Origin: Candidatus Omnitrophota bacterium
GTDB taxonomy: Bacteria > Omnitrophota > Gorgyraeia > Gygaellales > Profunditerraquicolaceae
Direction of reading: 5' to 3'
Length of the DNA: 64,000 bases
Assembly: GCA_026416665.1 (NCBI GenBank)
Contig: JAOAET010000051.1
Span: 75,800 to 139,799, forward strand
In this document: positions 43,030-55,201 of the stretch, piece after piece
How positions within the stretch are numbered: the first letter of the stretch is position 1
How the letters are laid out: each line of letters begins with the position of its first letter
Notes under the pieces: model-generated
Seen by the model: the letters and a program-made list of their open reading frames with translations, nothing else
Told to the model about the DNA's origin: nothing
Database searches by the model: none
Program-made: the position numbers and the translations under genes

Positions 43030-44183
43030 TTTTTTTCCTCTATTATCGTTTTTGCCTTTTGACGTGCCCAGGTATCTGCCTGACAGATTGCCTCTAACGT
43101 CGGCTGACTAATTACTTTATGTTGATTTAAGACTTCTCCAACAACAGAACTAATACCTAGAAATGGAATTCTCCTGTTTAAAAAAGCCTCCACTGCAATT
43201 TCGTTAGCAGCATTAAGTACTGCAGGAGCAGTTCCAGCTAATTCTGCTGCCTTGCGTGCAAGTTGAAGACAGGGAAATTTTTTTACTTCTGGTTTTGCAA
43301 AACTTAAGTGTTTTATATTAAAAACATCTAAACAAGAACAACCAGTATGGTTTTCTATTCTTTTAGGATAACTAAGTGCATATTGGATAGGTATGCGCAT
43401 ATCTGTCTGAGATAACTGAGCAAGGATACTACCATCAATAAATTCTACCATAGAGTGAACAATTGCCTCAGGATGAATAACTACCTCAATCATAGTGCTG
43501 GATACTCCAAATAATGCCATAGTCTCTAAAATCTCCAGTCCCTTATTCATTAAAGTTGCGGAATCAACCGTTATTTTTCTTCCCATTTTCCAGCGGGGAT
43601 GATTTAAAGCCTCAGATATTGTAACTTTCTTTAAACGAGCATAAGGCATATTCCAAAAGGGCCCCCCCGAGGCAGTAAGGTAAATTTTTTTTAAGGTTCT
43701 TTTATCCTGGCCATCTAAACACTGCCAAATAGCTGATTGTTCACTATCAATGGGAATAAGTCGAACTCTATTCTGTAAAAGCTTCTTTCTTATCAAATCC
43801 CCTGCCATCACCAAGGCCTCTTTGTTCGCTATAGCAATGTCCTTTTTGTTTTCAATAGCCCACAATAAAGGTAACAAACCCGCAGAACCTGAAATAGCAA
43901 TAACCACCATATCTATCTTAGGGTTACTTATTATCTTTGCAAGCCCTTGTGTTCCTATAAGAAACTCTTGTGCAGAGAAATTCTTTCTCACCGAGGAAGC
44001 TATCTGTTGATTAGTAACACAAACCTGCTTTACAGAAAATTTTTTTACCTGCTTAGATAAAAGCGCAACATTGGAATGAGCAGACAAAGCCACTACTTTA
44101 AAATGTTCAGGTAATGTTCTAATAACCTCAAGCGTATATTGTCCAATAGTCCCTGTTGAACCTAGTAAAGCAACTTGCTTCAT
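43020..44183 (-). CDS. dxr: 1-deoxy-D-xylulose 5-phosphate reductoisomerase
   Basis: GSTGTIG, ANKE, DSE, TASGGPF, HPRWKMG. Confidence 0.97.
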   Translation of the reverse strand: MKQVALLGSTGTIGQYTLEVIRTLPEHFKVVALSAHSNVALLSKQVKKFSVKQVCVTNQQIASSVRKNFSAQEFLIGTQGLAKIISNPKIDMVVIAISGSAGLLPLLWAIENKKDIAIANKEALVMAGDLIRKKLLQNRVRLIPIDSEQSAIWQCLDGQDKRTLKKIYLTASGGPFWNMPYARLKKVTISEALNHPRWKMGRKITVDSATLMNKGLEILETMALFGVSSTMIEVVIHPEAIVHSMVEFIDGSILAQLSQTDMRIPIQYALSYPKRIENHTGCSCLDVFNIKHLSFAKPEVKKFPCLQLARKAAELAGTAPAVLNAANEIAVEAFLNRRIPFLGISSVVGEVLNQHKVISQPTLEAICQADTWARQKAKTIIEEKKWR

Positions 44184-44188
44184 CTTCT

Positions 44189-44995
44189 TTACATCTCCAA
44201 TGTCCCTAGAAGAATATGGGCATAAAAATACAAAGCAGGTGCTACAAAGAGAATACTATCAATAAGGTCTAATACCCCTCCAATGCCAGGAATAAAATCC
44301 GAAGAATCTTTTATAAGACAGTCCCGTTTCATTAGTGACTCAAACAAATCACCTAATTGAGCAAGAATCCCTCCCACCAAACCAATTAGAAATAAATGAA
44401 TCAGGGAAAAAGGAACAAGTGGTTTCACTAAAATTGTCCCCAACATACTAAAAACTAAACCACCTAAGGCCCCTTCTATAGATTTATTTGGGCTTACATG
44501 TGGAATAAGAGGATGCTTACCAAAACCTTTTCCCACAAGATAAGCTCCGATATCTCCGAATTTGGTAATTATCAACAACATAATTACAAATCCTAATCCG
44601 TGTTGTAGCATACGCAGGCGTATCACAAAGCTGAAAAACCATGAAACATAGAGAATACCAAATAGGGTGGTAGCAATGCTAATGACTGCGCCTTCATTTT
44701 CCTGGCGTTTTAATTGCATTATAAAAAGAGAAAATAAAGCCAGAACTATAAAAAATAGCTCCCATTTTTTAGTAAGCTCAAATCTTAACATAATAGTAAT
44801 AGGAATGATTACTCCTAATAAAGTCCCAAAGTATTTGAAGGTTGGTATTTTTCTCCGTTCTAACATAGTGAAGAATTCGTATAGGGCTAATGTCACAAAA
44901 CAAACCACTACAAAATAAAAAGCCAATGATGAAAATAAAGCAACAGTTACTAAAAGGCACAAAATTATTGAACTGTAAAGGCGTTTAATAAACAT
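44189..44995 (-). CDS. cdsA: Phosphatidate cytidylyltransferase
   Basis: DIGAY, SPNKSIEG, GDLFES..KR, GGVLD. Confidence 0.95.
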   Translation of the reverse strand: MFIKRLYSSIILCLLVTVALFSSLAFYFVVVCFVTLALYEFFTMLERRKIPTFKYFGTLLGVIIPITIMLRFELTKKWELFFIVLALFSLFIMQLKRQENEGAVISIATTLFGILYVSWFFSFVIRLRMLQHGLGFVIMLLIITKFGDIGAYLVGKGFGKHPLIPHVSPNKSIEGALGGLVFSMLGTILVKPLVPFSLIHLFLIGLVGGILAQLGDLFESLMKRDCLIKDSSDFIPGIGGVLDLIDSILFVAPALYFYAHILLGTLEM

Positions 44996-45036
44996 AAATT
45001 TTCTTTAAATTAACAACAAATCCTTTTATTAATGGA

Positions 45037-45747
45037 TTATAACTTGCCAAACCTACGTTGCCTTAGACTATATTGTTTAATTGCTTGTTCAAAATGGCGA
45101 CGGCTAAAATCAGGCCACAACGTTTTGGTAAAATAAAACTCTGTATAAGACAACTGCCAAAGTAAAAAATTGGATATTCGTTGTTCACCACTAGTGCGTA
45201 TTAATAAATCAGGGTCAGGTAAATCTTTGGTGTAGAGAAAGCTACTTACAGTATGCTCGTTGATATCATCACATTGTAAATTTCCCTGTAGACAATTTTC
45301 AACTATTTGTTTTACTGCGTCTGTTATTTCCTGTCTTGCTCCATAATTAATTGCTAAAACTAAAGTAAGTCCTTTATTGGATGAAGTCAATCTTTCCACG
45401 TTCTGCATCTTTTCTAAAATATTCTCAGGTAATGGTCTCTGTCTGCCAATAGCAATAAATCGCACATTATTTTTTTGTAGATTGTCAAGTTCTTTATCCA
45501 AGAATTCTTCAAAATAACGCATAAGAGCATTTACTTCCTCTTTAGGTCTTGCCCAGTTTTCAGTAGAAAAAGCAAAAAGAGTTAAAACTTTTATCCCTAA
45601 TTCCGCAGCTGCTTGAACAATCTCTCTTACTCTCTCTGCTCCTTGCTGATGACCAGCTACCCGCGGTAAATGACGCTTCCTTGCCCAACGTCCATTACCA
45701 TCCATAATTATGGCAACATGTTCAGGTAGTTTGGTCTGCGTCTTCAT
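45037..45747 (-). CDS. uppS: Undecaprenyl diphosphate synthase
   Basis: IMDGNGRW, FSTENW, RTSGE.RISNFLLWQ. Confidence 0.97.
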   Translation of the reverse strand: MKTQTKLPEHVAIIMDGNGRWARKRHLPRVAGHQQGAERVREIVQAAAELGIKVLTLFAFSTENWARPKEEVNALMRYFEEFLDKELDNLQKNNVRFIAIGRQRPLPENILEKMQNVERLTSSNKGLTLVLAINYGARQEITDAVKQIVENCLQGNLQCDDINEHTVSSFLYTKDLPDPDLLIRTSGEQRISNFLLWQLSYTEFYFTKTLWPDFSRRHFEQAIKQYSLRQRRFGKL

Positions 45748-45777
45748 GTTCTTTATTAATGTGATATATCTGAATTC

Positions 45778-45853
45778 TGCCCTTTGTGACTAACTCAGGG
45801 CATAATCCTGAAGCAGAGGCTGGATCAATCCCTGAGCTCAATAAGGGATTGAT
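45778..45853. repeat. Cluster of three degenerate REP-like hairpins
   Basis: tgccct..agggca (45778-45802), atcc..ggat (45805-45825), perfect 10-bp atcaatccct/agggattgat (45824-45853); each contains CCTGA on one strand. Confidence 0.55.
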
Positions 45854-45857
45854 TTCA

Positions 45858-47441
45858 TTACTGGTGAACTCGATAATCAATATCAGGAAAGATATTATCT
45901 TTATATTCTATATCCGCAAGCCACTCTGGGTCTATCGTATTTGTCTTTATCGATTCGTAAAGATGATTGAAACGAAGCAGATGTTCCTTGGTTCGTTTTA
46001 CAGCATAGCTGGTGTGGGTACCTGTGCCTAAAATAAATGCCCAATCAGAACTCTGGGCAAGTAACAATTCTCTTAACGCCTGATTAAGAGCACGTCGCAG
46101 AAGACCATCGGTGCCATTTGAATAAGTACGCGCTAATTCGGTCATCCTCCAACTAGCCATATGCAGGTGTCGATAAATCCAGTCATTGGCTCCCTGTAGC
46201 CACATCTCACTATAACCTTTCCAACCCCAACTGGACATTGAAGGCACCACTACTTGAAGACGCCTGTTTTCTTCCAGATATTCTGACGGTGTAACTAATC
46301 TAATGATATCCTGGTCAAAGGCAATTTTTCTAATTAAAAAGTCTAACCACTGTGGCCCCTCAAACCACCAATGGCCAAAAAGTTCTGCATCATAAGGAGA
46401 AACAATAATAGGCTTTCTCTGTAGGTAATCATAGAGAAATTCTATCTGACGCTGACGATTAAACATAAAATTCCCCGCATGCTCTGCTGCCTTTTCCCGT
46501 GCCCACTCAGGCACATAAGGCTCTTTATGATTGGTTGGACCGGTAATACGGTAGTATTTAATACCCGTATTAATGCGTATTCCATCAGGGTGAATGTAAG
46601 GTTTAATATAGTCATATTCTAAGTCAAATCCTATATCACGATAAAATTCGCGATAGTTATAATCACCAGGATACCCTTCAATAGATGACCATACTTGTTT
46701 AGAGGACTCAAGATCTCTTCCAAAACAAGCAACCCCACTATTTTTACAATATACTGGCGCAAAAACTCCATATTTTGGTCGGGGTGTAGCATGTAATAGC
46801 CCATGTGCATCGGTAAAGAAATATCGTATTCCTACCTCTCTTAAAAACTCATCTTGTCCTGGTTGATATCCACATTCTGGCAACCAAATACCACACGGTT
46901 TTCTTCCGAAGGTGGCTTGGTAATGTGATACTGCCACTTTCAGTTGTGCGCGCACTGACTCTCGACAAACATCCATAAGTGGAAAATAACCGTGAGTTGC
47001 TCCGCAAGTAATAATTTCAATTTTTCCGATGTCCTGCAAATTCTTAAAAGCAACTACTAAGTTTTTATGGTATTTTTCAAAAGTATCGCGAGCACGACAA
47101 AAATGATTAACATACATTATAGCCAAACGTTGAAACTGTGGCTGCCAGGTAGTGCGTTCAATCTCCTTATGGGCTAGGTCAATAAGTTTATTTAAATGCT
47201 TTAAATATCTGTCTTGTAGCAGAGGGTCAGTTAACATTGAAATAAGCGTAGGTGTCATTGACATAGTCAATCGGAAATCAACGCCGTCCTCTATCAGTTT
47301 TTCAAAAACCCATAAAAGAGGAATATACGTTTCAGTAATTGCCTCATAGAGCCAATCCTCTTCGAGAAAGTCTTCATGCTCGGGATGGCGCACAAAAGGC
47401 AAATGACAATGTAAGACTAAACAAAGATACCCTTTATTCAT
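45858..47441 (-). CDS. GH57 1,4-alpha-glucan branching enzyme (DUF1957)
   Basis: HCHLPFV, ETYIP, WLPEC, YDAELFGHWWFEG, QSSDW. Confidence 0.93.
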   Translation of the reverse strand: MNKGYLCLVLHCHLPFVRHPEHEDFLEEDWLYEAITETYIPLLWVFEKLIEDGVDFRLTMSMTPTLISMLTDPLLQDRYLKHLNKLIDLAHKEIERTTWQPQFQRLAIMYVNHFCRARDTFEKYHKNLVVAFKNLQDIGKIEIITCGATHGYFPLMDVCRESVRAQLKVAVSHYQATFGRKPCGIWLPECGYQPGQDEFLREVGIRYFFTDAHGLLHATPRPKYGVFAPVYCKNSGVACFGRDLESSKQVWSSIEGYPGDYNYREFYRDIGFDLEYDYIKPYIHPDGIRINTGIKYYRITGPTNHKEPYVPEWAREKAAEHAGNFMFNRQRQIEFLYDYLQRKPIIVSPYDAELFGHWWFEGPQWLDFLIRKIAFDQDIIRLVTPSEYLEENRRLQVVVPSMSSWGWKGYSEMWLQGANDWIYRHLHMASWRMTELARTYSNGTDGLLRRALNQALRELLLAQSSDWAFILGTGTHTSYAVKRTKEHLLRFNHLYESIKTNTIDPEWLADIEYKDNIFPDIDYRVHQ

Positions 47442-48502
47442 GTGTTAGCAAAAAACCGTGTTTCTTCTTCTTTATTGACTATATTTTCTTGTGTGGTTTG
47501 TCGTGTTACAATCGGTGTGATTGTTCTTTCCTCTACCTTATCAGAGGACACAGCTTTTACGGCAATAACCTGTTTTCCGTCGGGCAGATAATACCGTAGG
47601 GTAAATGTCCCATCTGGACGTAACTTTATTGGTTTTCCTTGAACAGTGACTGTAGCATCAGGCTCAGTAGCTCCATATACAATTAACTCACAGTCTACAA
47701 CCAACCAAAACGCGCGTTCCTTTTGTGGCTTACGCACAGGACTGGCTGCAGAGGTAATGCCCGGCGAAGCCAGTACACCTGAAAAGAGCGCCTGCTTTAA
47801 TCGTTCTTGCCAGCCTTTTCCTGGTGAGGTATTACCAAATCCAAATCCCATTCCATAAAGTCGACCAAACATCTCCTCAGGGACCATCCATTCTTCATCT
47901 GTAATCCATGAAGGACCATCAATAGGAGTACTTACCACATTTGAGCGAACAATTGTAATAAACTCACCTGATGGTAGACGTAACCCGTAATCTACTACCC
48001 AAGATCTACCAGGAGCTGCGGTATCAATATACCAGTTATTTGCTTCCTCACGAACCTCAATATCAAAATAACGATGGGCATTTGTTCCATCAAAGTTGAT
48101 ATGGCTAATATCATAGACGCGTAAAACTTTTTTTGCACTAAAAAATAACTCTTTTAATTTATTAATTAATTTATTCCAAGTATTCTGAGTAATCTCCCAA
48201 TAACAATGTAGCCACCAAGGATCACGTACTTGCAGAATTATTCTATCACTGTTGTAACTTTGGGGTAATTCCTGAGGCATTGCCTTCGGTGCTTTAATAG
48301 CCTCAGGATGAGAAAATTTAGTCTGTTCTATCTTTGTCTCCTGGGCACCAATTACTGTTGAGGAAGTGGTTGATTCATCAAAAAAAGTAGGGGCTTTTTT
48401 TATAGTGGGTCGCCGAACATTTTTTTTCTTTTCAGACACTGTTGACTTCGCTTCTTTTTTCTTAGTGAGCTTATCCTTTAGAGAACGCATTTTCTTTAAC
48501 AT
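47438..48502 (-). CDS. DUF4912 domain protein
   Basis: VRDPWWLHCYWE, RSNVV.TP, FWLVVDCELIVYGATEPDA, DGTF; start moved to ATG 48502 behind GAGGAGGTGA. Confidence 0.85.
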   Translation of the reverse strand: MLKKMRSLKDKLTKKKEAKSTVSEKKKNVRRPTIKKAPTFFDESTTSSTVIGAQETKIEQTKFSHPEAIKAPKAMPQELPQSYNSDRIILQVRDPWWLHCYWEITQNTWNKLINKLKELFFSAKKVLRVYDISHINFDGTNAHRYFDIEVREEANNWYIDTAAPGRSWVVDYGLRLPSGEFITIVRSNVVSTPIDGPSWITDEEWMVPEEMFGRLYGMGFGFGNTSPGKGWQERLKQALFSGVLASPGITSAASPVRKPQKERAFWLVVDCELIVYGATEPDATVTVQGKPIKLRPDGTFTLRYYLPDGKQVIAVKAVSSDKVEERTITPIVTRQTTQENIVNKEEETRFFANT

Positions 48503-48516
48503 AGCGTTCACCTCCT

Positions 48517-48912
48517 CTATTTTTTGCCCTTTTCAGTGGTCTTTACGCTGCCTGCCATCATCGACTTTACTTCTTCTTCTAGCGCAAGTTTTGCCTTGTT
48601 AATTTTTAATAGTTCTTCCTTAAGACTTGCACTAACCAGTTGCTCTTGCATTAGCAGTTTTTTTGTGGTTTCTAATTGTTCTTTAAGCTGAGAGTTCTCA
48701 GTAATTAACTGTTGTAATTGTGTCTGACAGGAAACTTTTTGTCGCTCCATATCCGCAAGCTGCTTCTCCCGGTCAAGACGCATATCCATTTCTTTAACCC
48801 GCGCCTTTTGATACTGCGCAGCTTTATTACAAGAACTAAATAAAATTAGTAAAAGAATTATATTGGTTATAACTGCTGCTATTAATAACCGAATACGCAT
48901 TTTTTCTTCCAC
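48517..48912 (-). CDS. Membrane-anchored coiled-coil hypothetical protein
   Basis: N-terminal hydrophobic helix ending FSSC, heptad-rich remainder; SD AGGAGGT. Confidence 0.7.
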   Translation of the reverse strand: MEEKMRIRLLIAAVITNIILLLILFSSCNKAAQYQKARVKEMDMRLDREKQLADMERQKVSCQTQLQQLITENSQLKEQLETTKKLLMQEQLVSASLKEELLKINKAKLALEEEVKSMMAGSVKTTEKGKK

Positions 48913-48947
48913 AACAACCTCCTGCTTATTATAACTTTATAATAACG

Positions 48948-48989
48948 AAAAAAATTGTCGGCTTCTTTAAAATATCATTTTTGCCGACA
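48948..48989 (-). terminator. Terminator-like hairpin within a long leader
   Basis: tgtcggc/gccgaca stem followed by ATTTTTTT on the minus strand; loop is long (20 nt). Confidence 0.45.
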
Positions 48990-49067
48990 GTTTAACCCCT
49001 CCTTAGAAAATCTGAAAGACAACTTCCAGAATTTTATTCAAGAATTATTATGGCGCAATATTTTTTT

Positions 49068-49096
49068 ACTATAACACAAGCGTACCAAGCAGTCAA
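49068..49096 (-). promoter_or_regulatory. sigma70-type promoter
   Basis: TTGACT-17 nt-TATAGT just after purA stop. Confidence 0.6.
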
Positions 49097-49102
49097 GAAT
49101 TT

Positions 49103-51645
<2,543 letters not shown>

Positions 51646-51654
51646 AGGTAACTA

Positions 51655-53388
51655 TCACTTTTTACGAATTAACTTACGAATTTCTTCTTTATTTGGTGTT
51701 GCTTGTGAACTAAAAACTTCCTGGTTGTCTAATAAATAAGTTGGTCCATTGGTTATTTGTAGCTCTTCATTCAAAGCGATATTTTCTTCTAACAAAGCTT
51801 CTCCTTCTTGACTACGCGCACATTGTTTTATCGTTTGATAATCTCCTAAAGGAATACAGTCATCCCACCATACAGAGTTGATACTCCTGGAACGACAGAG
51901 AAGGTAATCGTAAAAAAGTTGTGGATAAAGCTTTTTTATACAAACTGCTCTTAGCGCCTCATCTATTTCTTGTTCTCCTGCCTGTGCCTGGAAACCTGTC
52001 TGAACCCTTTGTACCAAAAAATGGATATTTGGGTCAAACTCTCTTAGTACCTGCAAAATATCGTGACTTTCCTTTTGTAGTAAACTAATAAATACGTCAA
52101 AGCGCCCAAGCACAGGTGCACGATTTACAAAGACTCCAAATCCAAAAGCTTCTTGTTTTAATAAATAGTATTTTTCGAAAGGCTGTAAATAATTCCGCAA
52201 AGGATCAAAAGCTTTTTCCTTCTCTACTTCTCTTCCTAAAAGATAAGCAGGGATACCCAATAGGTTTAATTCTTTTATTAGCTTGTCTGCTTCTTGAGAA
52301 GGATAATTTAATCTCTTTACAACTAAACCTGGGATTTGTGTCTTAAGATAACGAATAACCTCTTGGGTATTGCAAGTGCGACAAGAAACAGGGTCAATAA
52401 CAGTAAGCGATACCTTAGGTGCGACTTTATATTCACAACTTGCAGAGGTTGTTCCTGGCGCTTTGCAAATTCCGATCATGCCTTCTTTCTTACACTGGCT
52501 ATCTCCGAAACAGGCAGGTAAAAGAGCCAACATCCTTTTATCATCTTTAATTTTATCTGACATACGCACTTCTCTAATCTGAGTACCTAAAAGTTTATTA
52601 TCCTTAACATCTAATTCCGCAATTACCAGACGCCTTGCCTCCCAACGTGGCTGAAGGACAATCACAGAACCTTCTTGTCTTGATACCTGTTCTCGAGCAT
52701 AAGTTGAACCATCTATTAAGATATTAATTTGGGGAATTTCATTTAAGATTACTCGATTAGTTTGCTCATCAAGATGACTAATAAAAATGATAATACCAGC
52801 TCCTTCTTGCTTAGCCAAGGCTACTGCATTCCGAATCGATTCTCTGGGGTCATTAATATTAAGACTTTGTCCTATATTAGCTGGCACCTTCACTGCTGCT
52901 ACTATACCGACAACATTTTTACCGAATCGCTTGATTACATAAGGACGGCTAAAATCAGATACTAAATTAGAAGCAACTACTGGAACAGGTGAGCCTTGAA
53001 AAAGAGACACTAAAAACTCAACACCAAAATTAAATTCATCTTCTCCCAAAGAAACTGCATCATAACCCATAAGTTGCATAGCCTTAACATTTATCTGTGA
53101 ACGAATTTTATCCATCTGTTGTCCGAAACTATTTTGATCAAGATTACCGCCTGCCAAGAAAGCACCTGAGTCAAGTAGAAGAATGTTTTTAGTTTTACGT
53201 CTTAGTTCATTTAGAAAAGTTGAACGGCGACTTATGCCTCCATCAGGTTCAATAGGACAATGGCAGGGATATAATAAGGCGTGCGATTGACCTGTCAATA
53301 CCACCTGGATTTTCTCTGCATACGTAAAAGGAGGTATGTTTATTAAAATCAGAACTGCTAAACCAAGCCAGATTTCTCTCTGTTTCAT
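51655..53388 (-). CDS. Secreted UshA-like (5'-nucleotidase N-terminal fold) domain fused to Cys-rich and thioredoxin/GILT-like domains
   Basis: Signal peptide; PCHCP..GGISRR, LLLDSG, MGYDA..LGEDEF, ISHL; C-terminal CRTC and ITNGPT. Confidence 0.65.
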   Translation of the reverse strand: MKQREIWLGLAVLILINIPPFTYAEKIQVVLTGQSHALLYPCHCPIEPDGGISRRSTFLNELRRKTKNILLLDSGAFLAGGNLDQNSFGQQMDKIRSQINVKAMQLMGYDAVSLGEDEFNFGVEFLVSLFQGSPVPVVASNLVSDFSRPYVIKRFGKNVVGIVAAVKVPANIGQSLNINDPRESIRNAVALAKQEGAGIIIFISHLDEQTNRVILNEIPQINILIDGSTYAREQVSRQEGSVIVLQPRWEARRLVIAELDVKDNKLLGTQIREVRMSDKIKDDKRMLALLPACFGDSQCKKEGMIGICKAPGTTSASCEYKVAPKVSLTVIDPVSCRTCNTQEVIRYLKTQIPGLVVKRLNYPSQEADKLIKELNLLGIPAYLLGREVEKEKAFDPLRNYLQPFEKYYLLKQEAFGFGVFVNRAPVLGRFDVFISLLQKESHDILQVLREFDPNIHFLVQRVQTGFQAQAGEQEIDEALRAVCIKKLYPQLFYDYLLCRSRSINSVWWDDCIPLGDYQTIKQCARSQEGEALLEENIALNEELQITNGPTYLLDNQEVFSSQATPNKEEIRKLIRKK

Positions 53389-53445
53389 CTTTAAACCTCC
53401 TTAATAAATATTTTTCTGCGTAAGCGTAAGTAAGAAAAGAAATAC

Positions 53446-55032
53446 TTATAGTTTTATCGCCTTTACTTCGAGAATATTATCAATTTGTTTAAGTTGATTA
53501 AGTATCTCGGGAGTTACTGGACTATCTATATTTAGGATACTAATTGCCTCTCCTCCGGGTTGTTTTCTACCGAATACCATTGCCGCAATATTTATGTTGT
53601 GCCTACCCATAAGTGTTCCTACATTTCCGATTATCCCGGGAACATCCCAGTTACGCATAACCAACAAGTGGCCAAAAGGTGAAGCCTCTACATAAACACC
53701 ATCAATCTTAACAATACGAGGTTCCCGCTTAGGCGAAAGGGTGGCAGCAAAAGATTTAGTCATCTTATCTGATTTAAGAGTAATTGTAACCAGATTAATA
53801 AACTCTTCATCAGCAGGAGTTTTTACTTCATTTACCCTGATACCTCTGCTTCGTGCTAAAGGAATTGCATTAATGTAATTGACTGTTTCTTTTAATATAG
53901 GATACAACAAACCTTTCATTAAAGCCATTGACAGAGAAGTTAAGTTGTACTTAGTAATTTCCCCTGAGTAACGTACCTCCACTTCATTTATCCGCCCTTC
54001 CATAATCTGCGCAGCAAAAAGACCTAATTTCTCTGCCATCACAATATAAGGTTTAAGTAGCTTATAAAGCTCTGCATCAATAGAGGGATAATTGGCAGCA
54101 TTGCGCACCCCTCTGCCTAACAAGAAATCTCCTACACATTCGGCTATTTCAATAGCCACGTTTACCTGTGCCTCTTCAGTAGATGCTCCCAAGTGGCAAG
54201 TAACTATTACATTCTCTAATTTAAACAATTCATTATCTGCGGAAGGCGGTTCAATTTCAAAGACATCTAAAGCTGCACCCGCCAAGTGCCCTGATATAAG
54301 ACTTTTTATTAAGGCTTTTTCATCAATAATTCCTCCCCGCGCGCAATTAATTATTCGGGCACCTTTTTTCATTAGAGATAGCTCTTTCTCTGAAATCATG
54401 TATTGGGTCTCTTCAGTCAGTGGAACATGAACAGTTACAAAATCTGAGCTTTTAAGTAGTTCCTCTAACCCCACTACTTCTATACCATACTGCTCAGCGG
54501 TCTCTCGTGGCAGATACGGGTCATAACCTTTTATTTTCATCCCAAAAGAGATTGCCCTACGTGCTACCTCACGGCCAATACGTCCGAGTCCAATAATACC
54601 TAAAGTCTTATTATAAAGTTCCACCCCCATAAATTTTGAACGTTTCCATTCACCCTTTTTTGTAGATACATGTGCCTGGGGAATATTCCGCGCCAAGGCA
54701 AGTAGAAGACTCATAGTATGTTCGCAGGTAGATATAGTATTACCTGCCGGAGCGTTCATCACCACAATGCCACGTTCAGTGGCTGCTTCTAAATCTACAT
54801 TGTCAAGCCCCACTCCTGCTCTTCCAATTACCTTAAGATTTTTGGCTGCTTCAATAATTTCCCTGGTAACTCTTGTAGCACTGCGCACAAGAAGGGCATC
54901 GTATTCTACAATAATCTCTTTTAACTGCTCAGGTTTTAGCCCAGTTTTTACATCAACCTGAAACTGGCTTTTTTCTTTAAGAATATTCAAGCCTTCATCT
55001 GAAAGTGAATCGCTTACTAAAATCTTAAACAT
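53446..55032 (-). CDS. serA: D-3-phosphoglycerate dehydrogenase (ASB + ACT type)
   Basis: RAGVGLDNVD, GLGRIG, NCARGG, HLGAST; start moved to ATG 55032. Confidence 0.96.
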   Translation of the reverse strand: MFKILVSDSLSDEGLNILKEKSQFQVDVKTGLKPEQLKEIIVEYDALLVRSATRVTREIIEAAKNLKVIGRAGVGLDNVDLEAATERGIVVMNAPAGNTISTCEHTMSLLLALARNIPQAHVSTKKGEWKRSKFMGVELYNKTLGIIGLGRIGREVARRAISFGMKIKGYDPYLPRETAEQYGIEVVGLEELLKSSDFVTVHVPLTEETQYMISEKELSLMKKGARIINCARGGIIDEKALIKSLISGHLAGAALDVFEIEPPSADNELFKLENVIVTCHLGASTEEAQVNVAIEIAECVGDFLLGRGVRNAANYPSIDAELYKLLKPYIVMAEKLGLFAAQIMEGRINEVEVRYSGEITKYNLTSLSMALMKGLLYPILKETVNYINAIPLARSRGIRVNEVKTPADEEFINLVTITLKSDKMTKSFAATLSPKREPRIVKIDGVYVEASPFGHLLVMRNWDVPGIIGNVGTLMGRHNINIAAMVFGRKQPGGEAISILNIDSPVTPEILNQLKQIDNILEVKAIKL

Positions 55033-55156
55033 ACCCACTCCTCTTTCTCTATAATTGACTTTAGAGTTTCAATCTTCAAAAAACTTCCCATACACTTTTT
55101 TAAAAAACCTTATAAGATAATATATAAACTAAGGAAGGCTAAACCCAAGAAAATGT

Positions 55157-55185
55157 ATTATAACTACTTATTAGAATTGTTGCAA
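55157..55185 (-). promoter_or_regulatory. sigma70-type promoter upstream of serA
   Basis: TTGCAA-17 nt-TATAAT. Confidence 0.65.
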
Positions 55186-55201
55186 GTATAAAAAGTAAAG
55201 A

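Noticed and set aside
45786-46031. 81-aa plus-strand ORF over the hairpin cluster
   Set aside because: Mostly antisense to GH57; no RBS or motif
53255-53275. Selenocysteine recoding in the UshA-like protein
   Set aside because: Motif is encoded as Cys-His-Cys with no in-frame TGA
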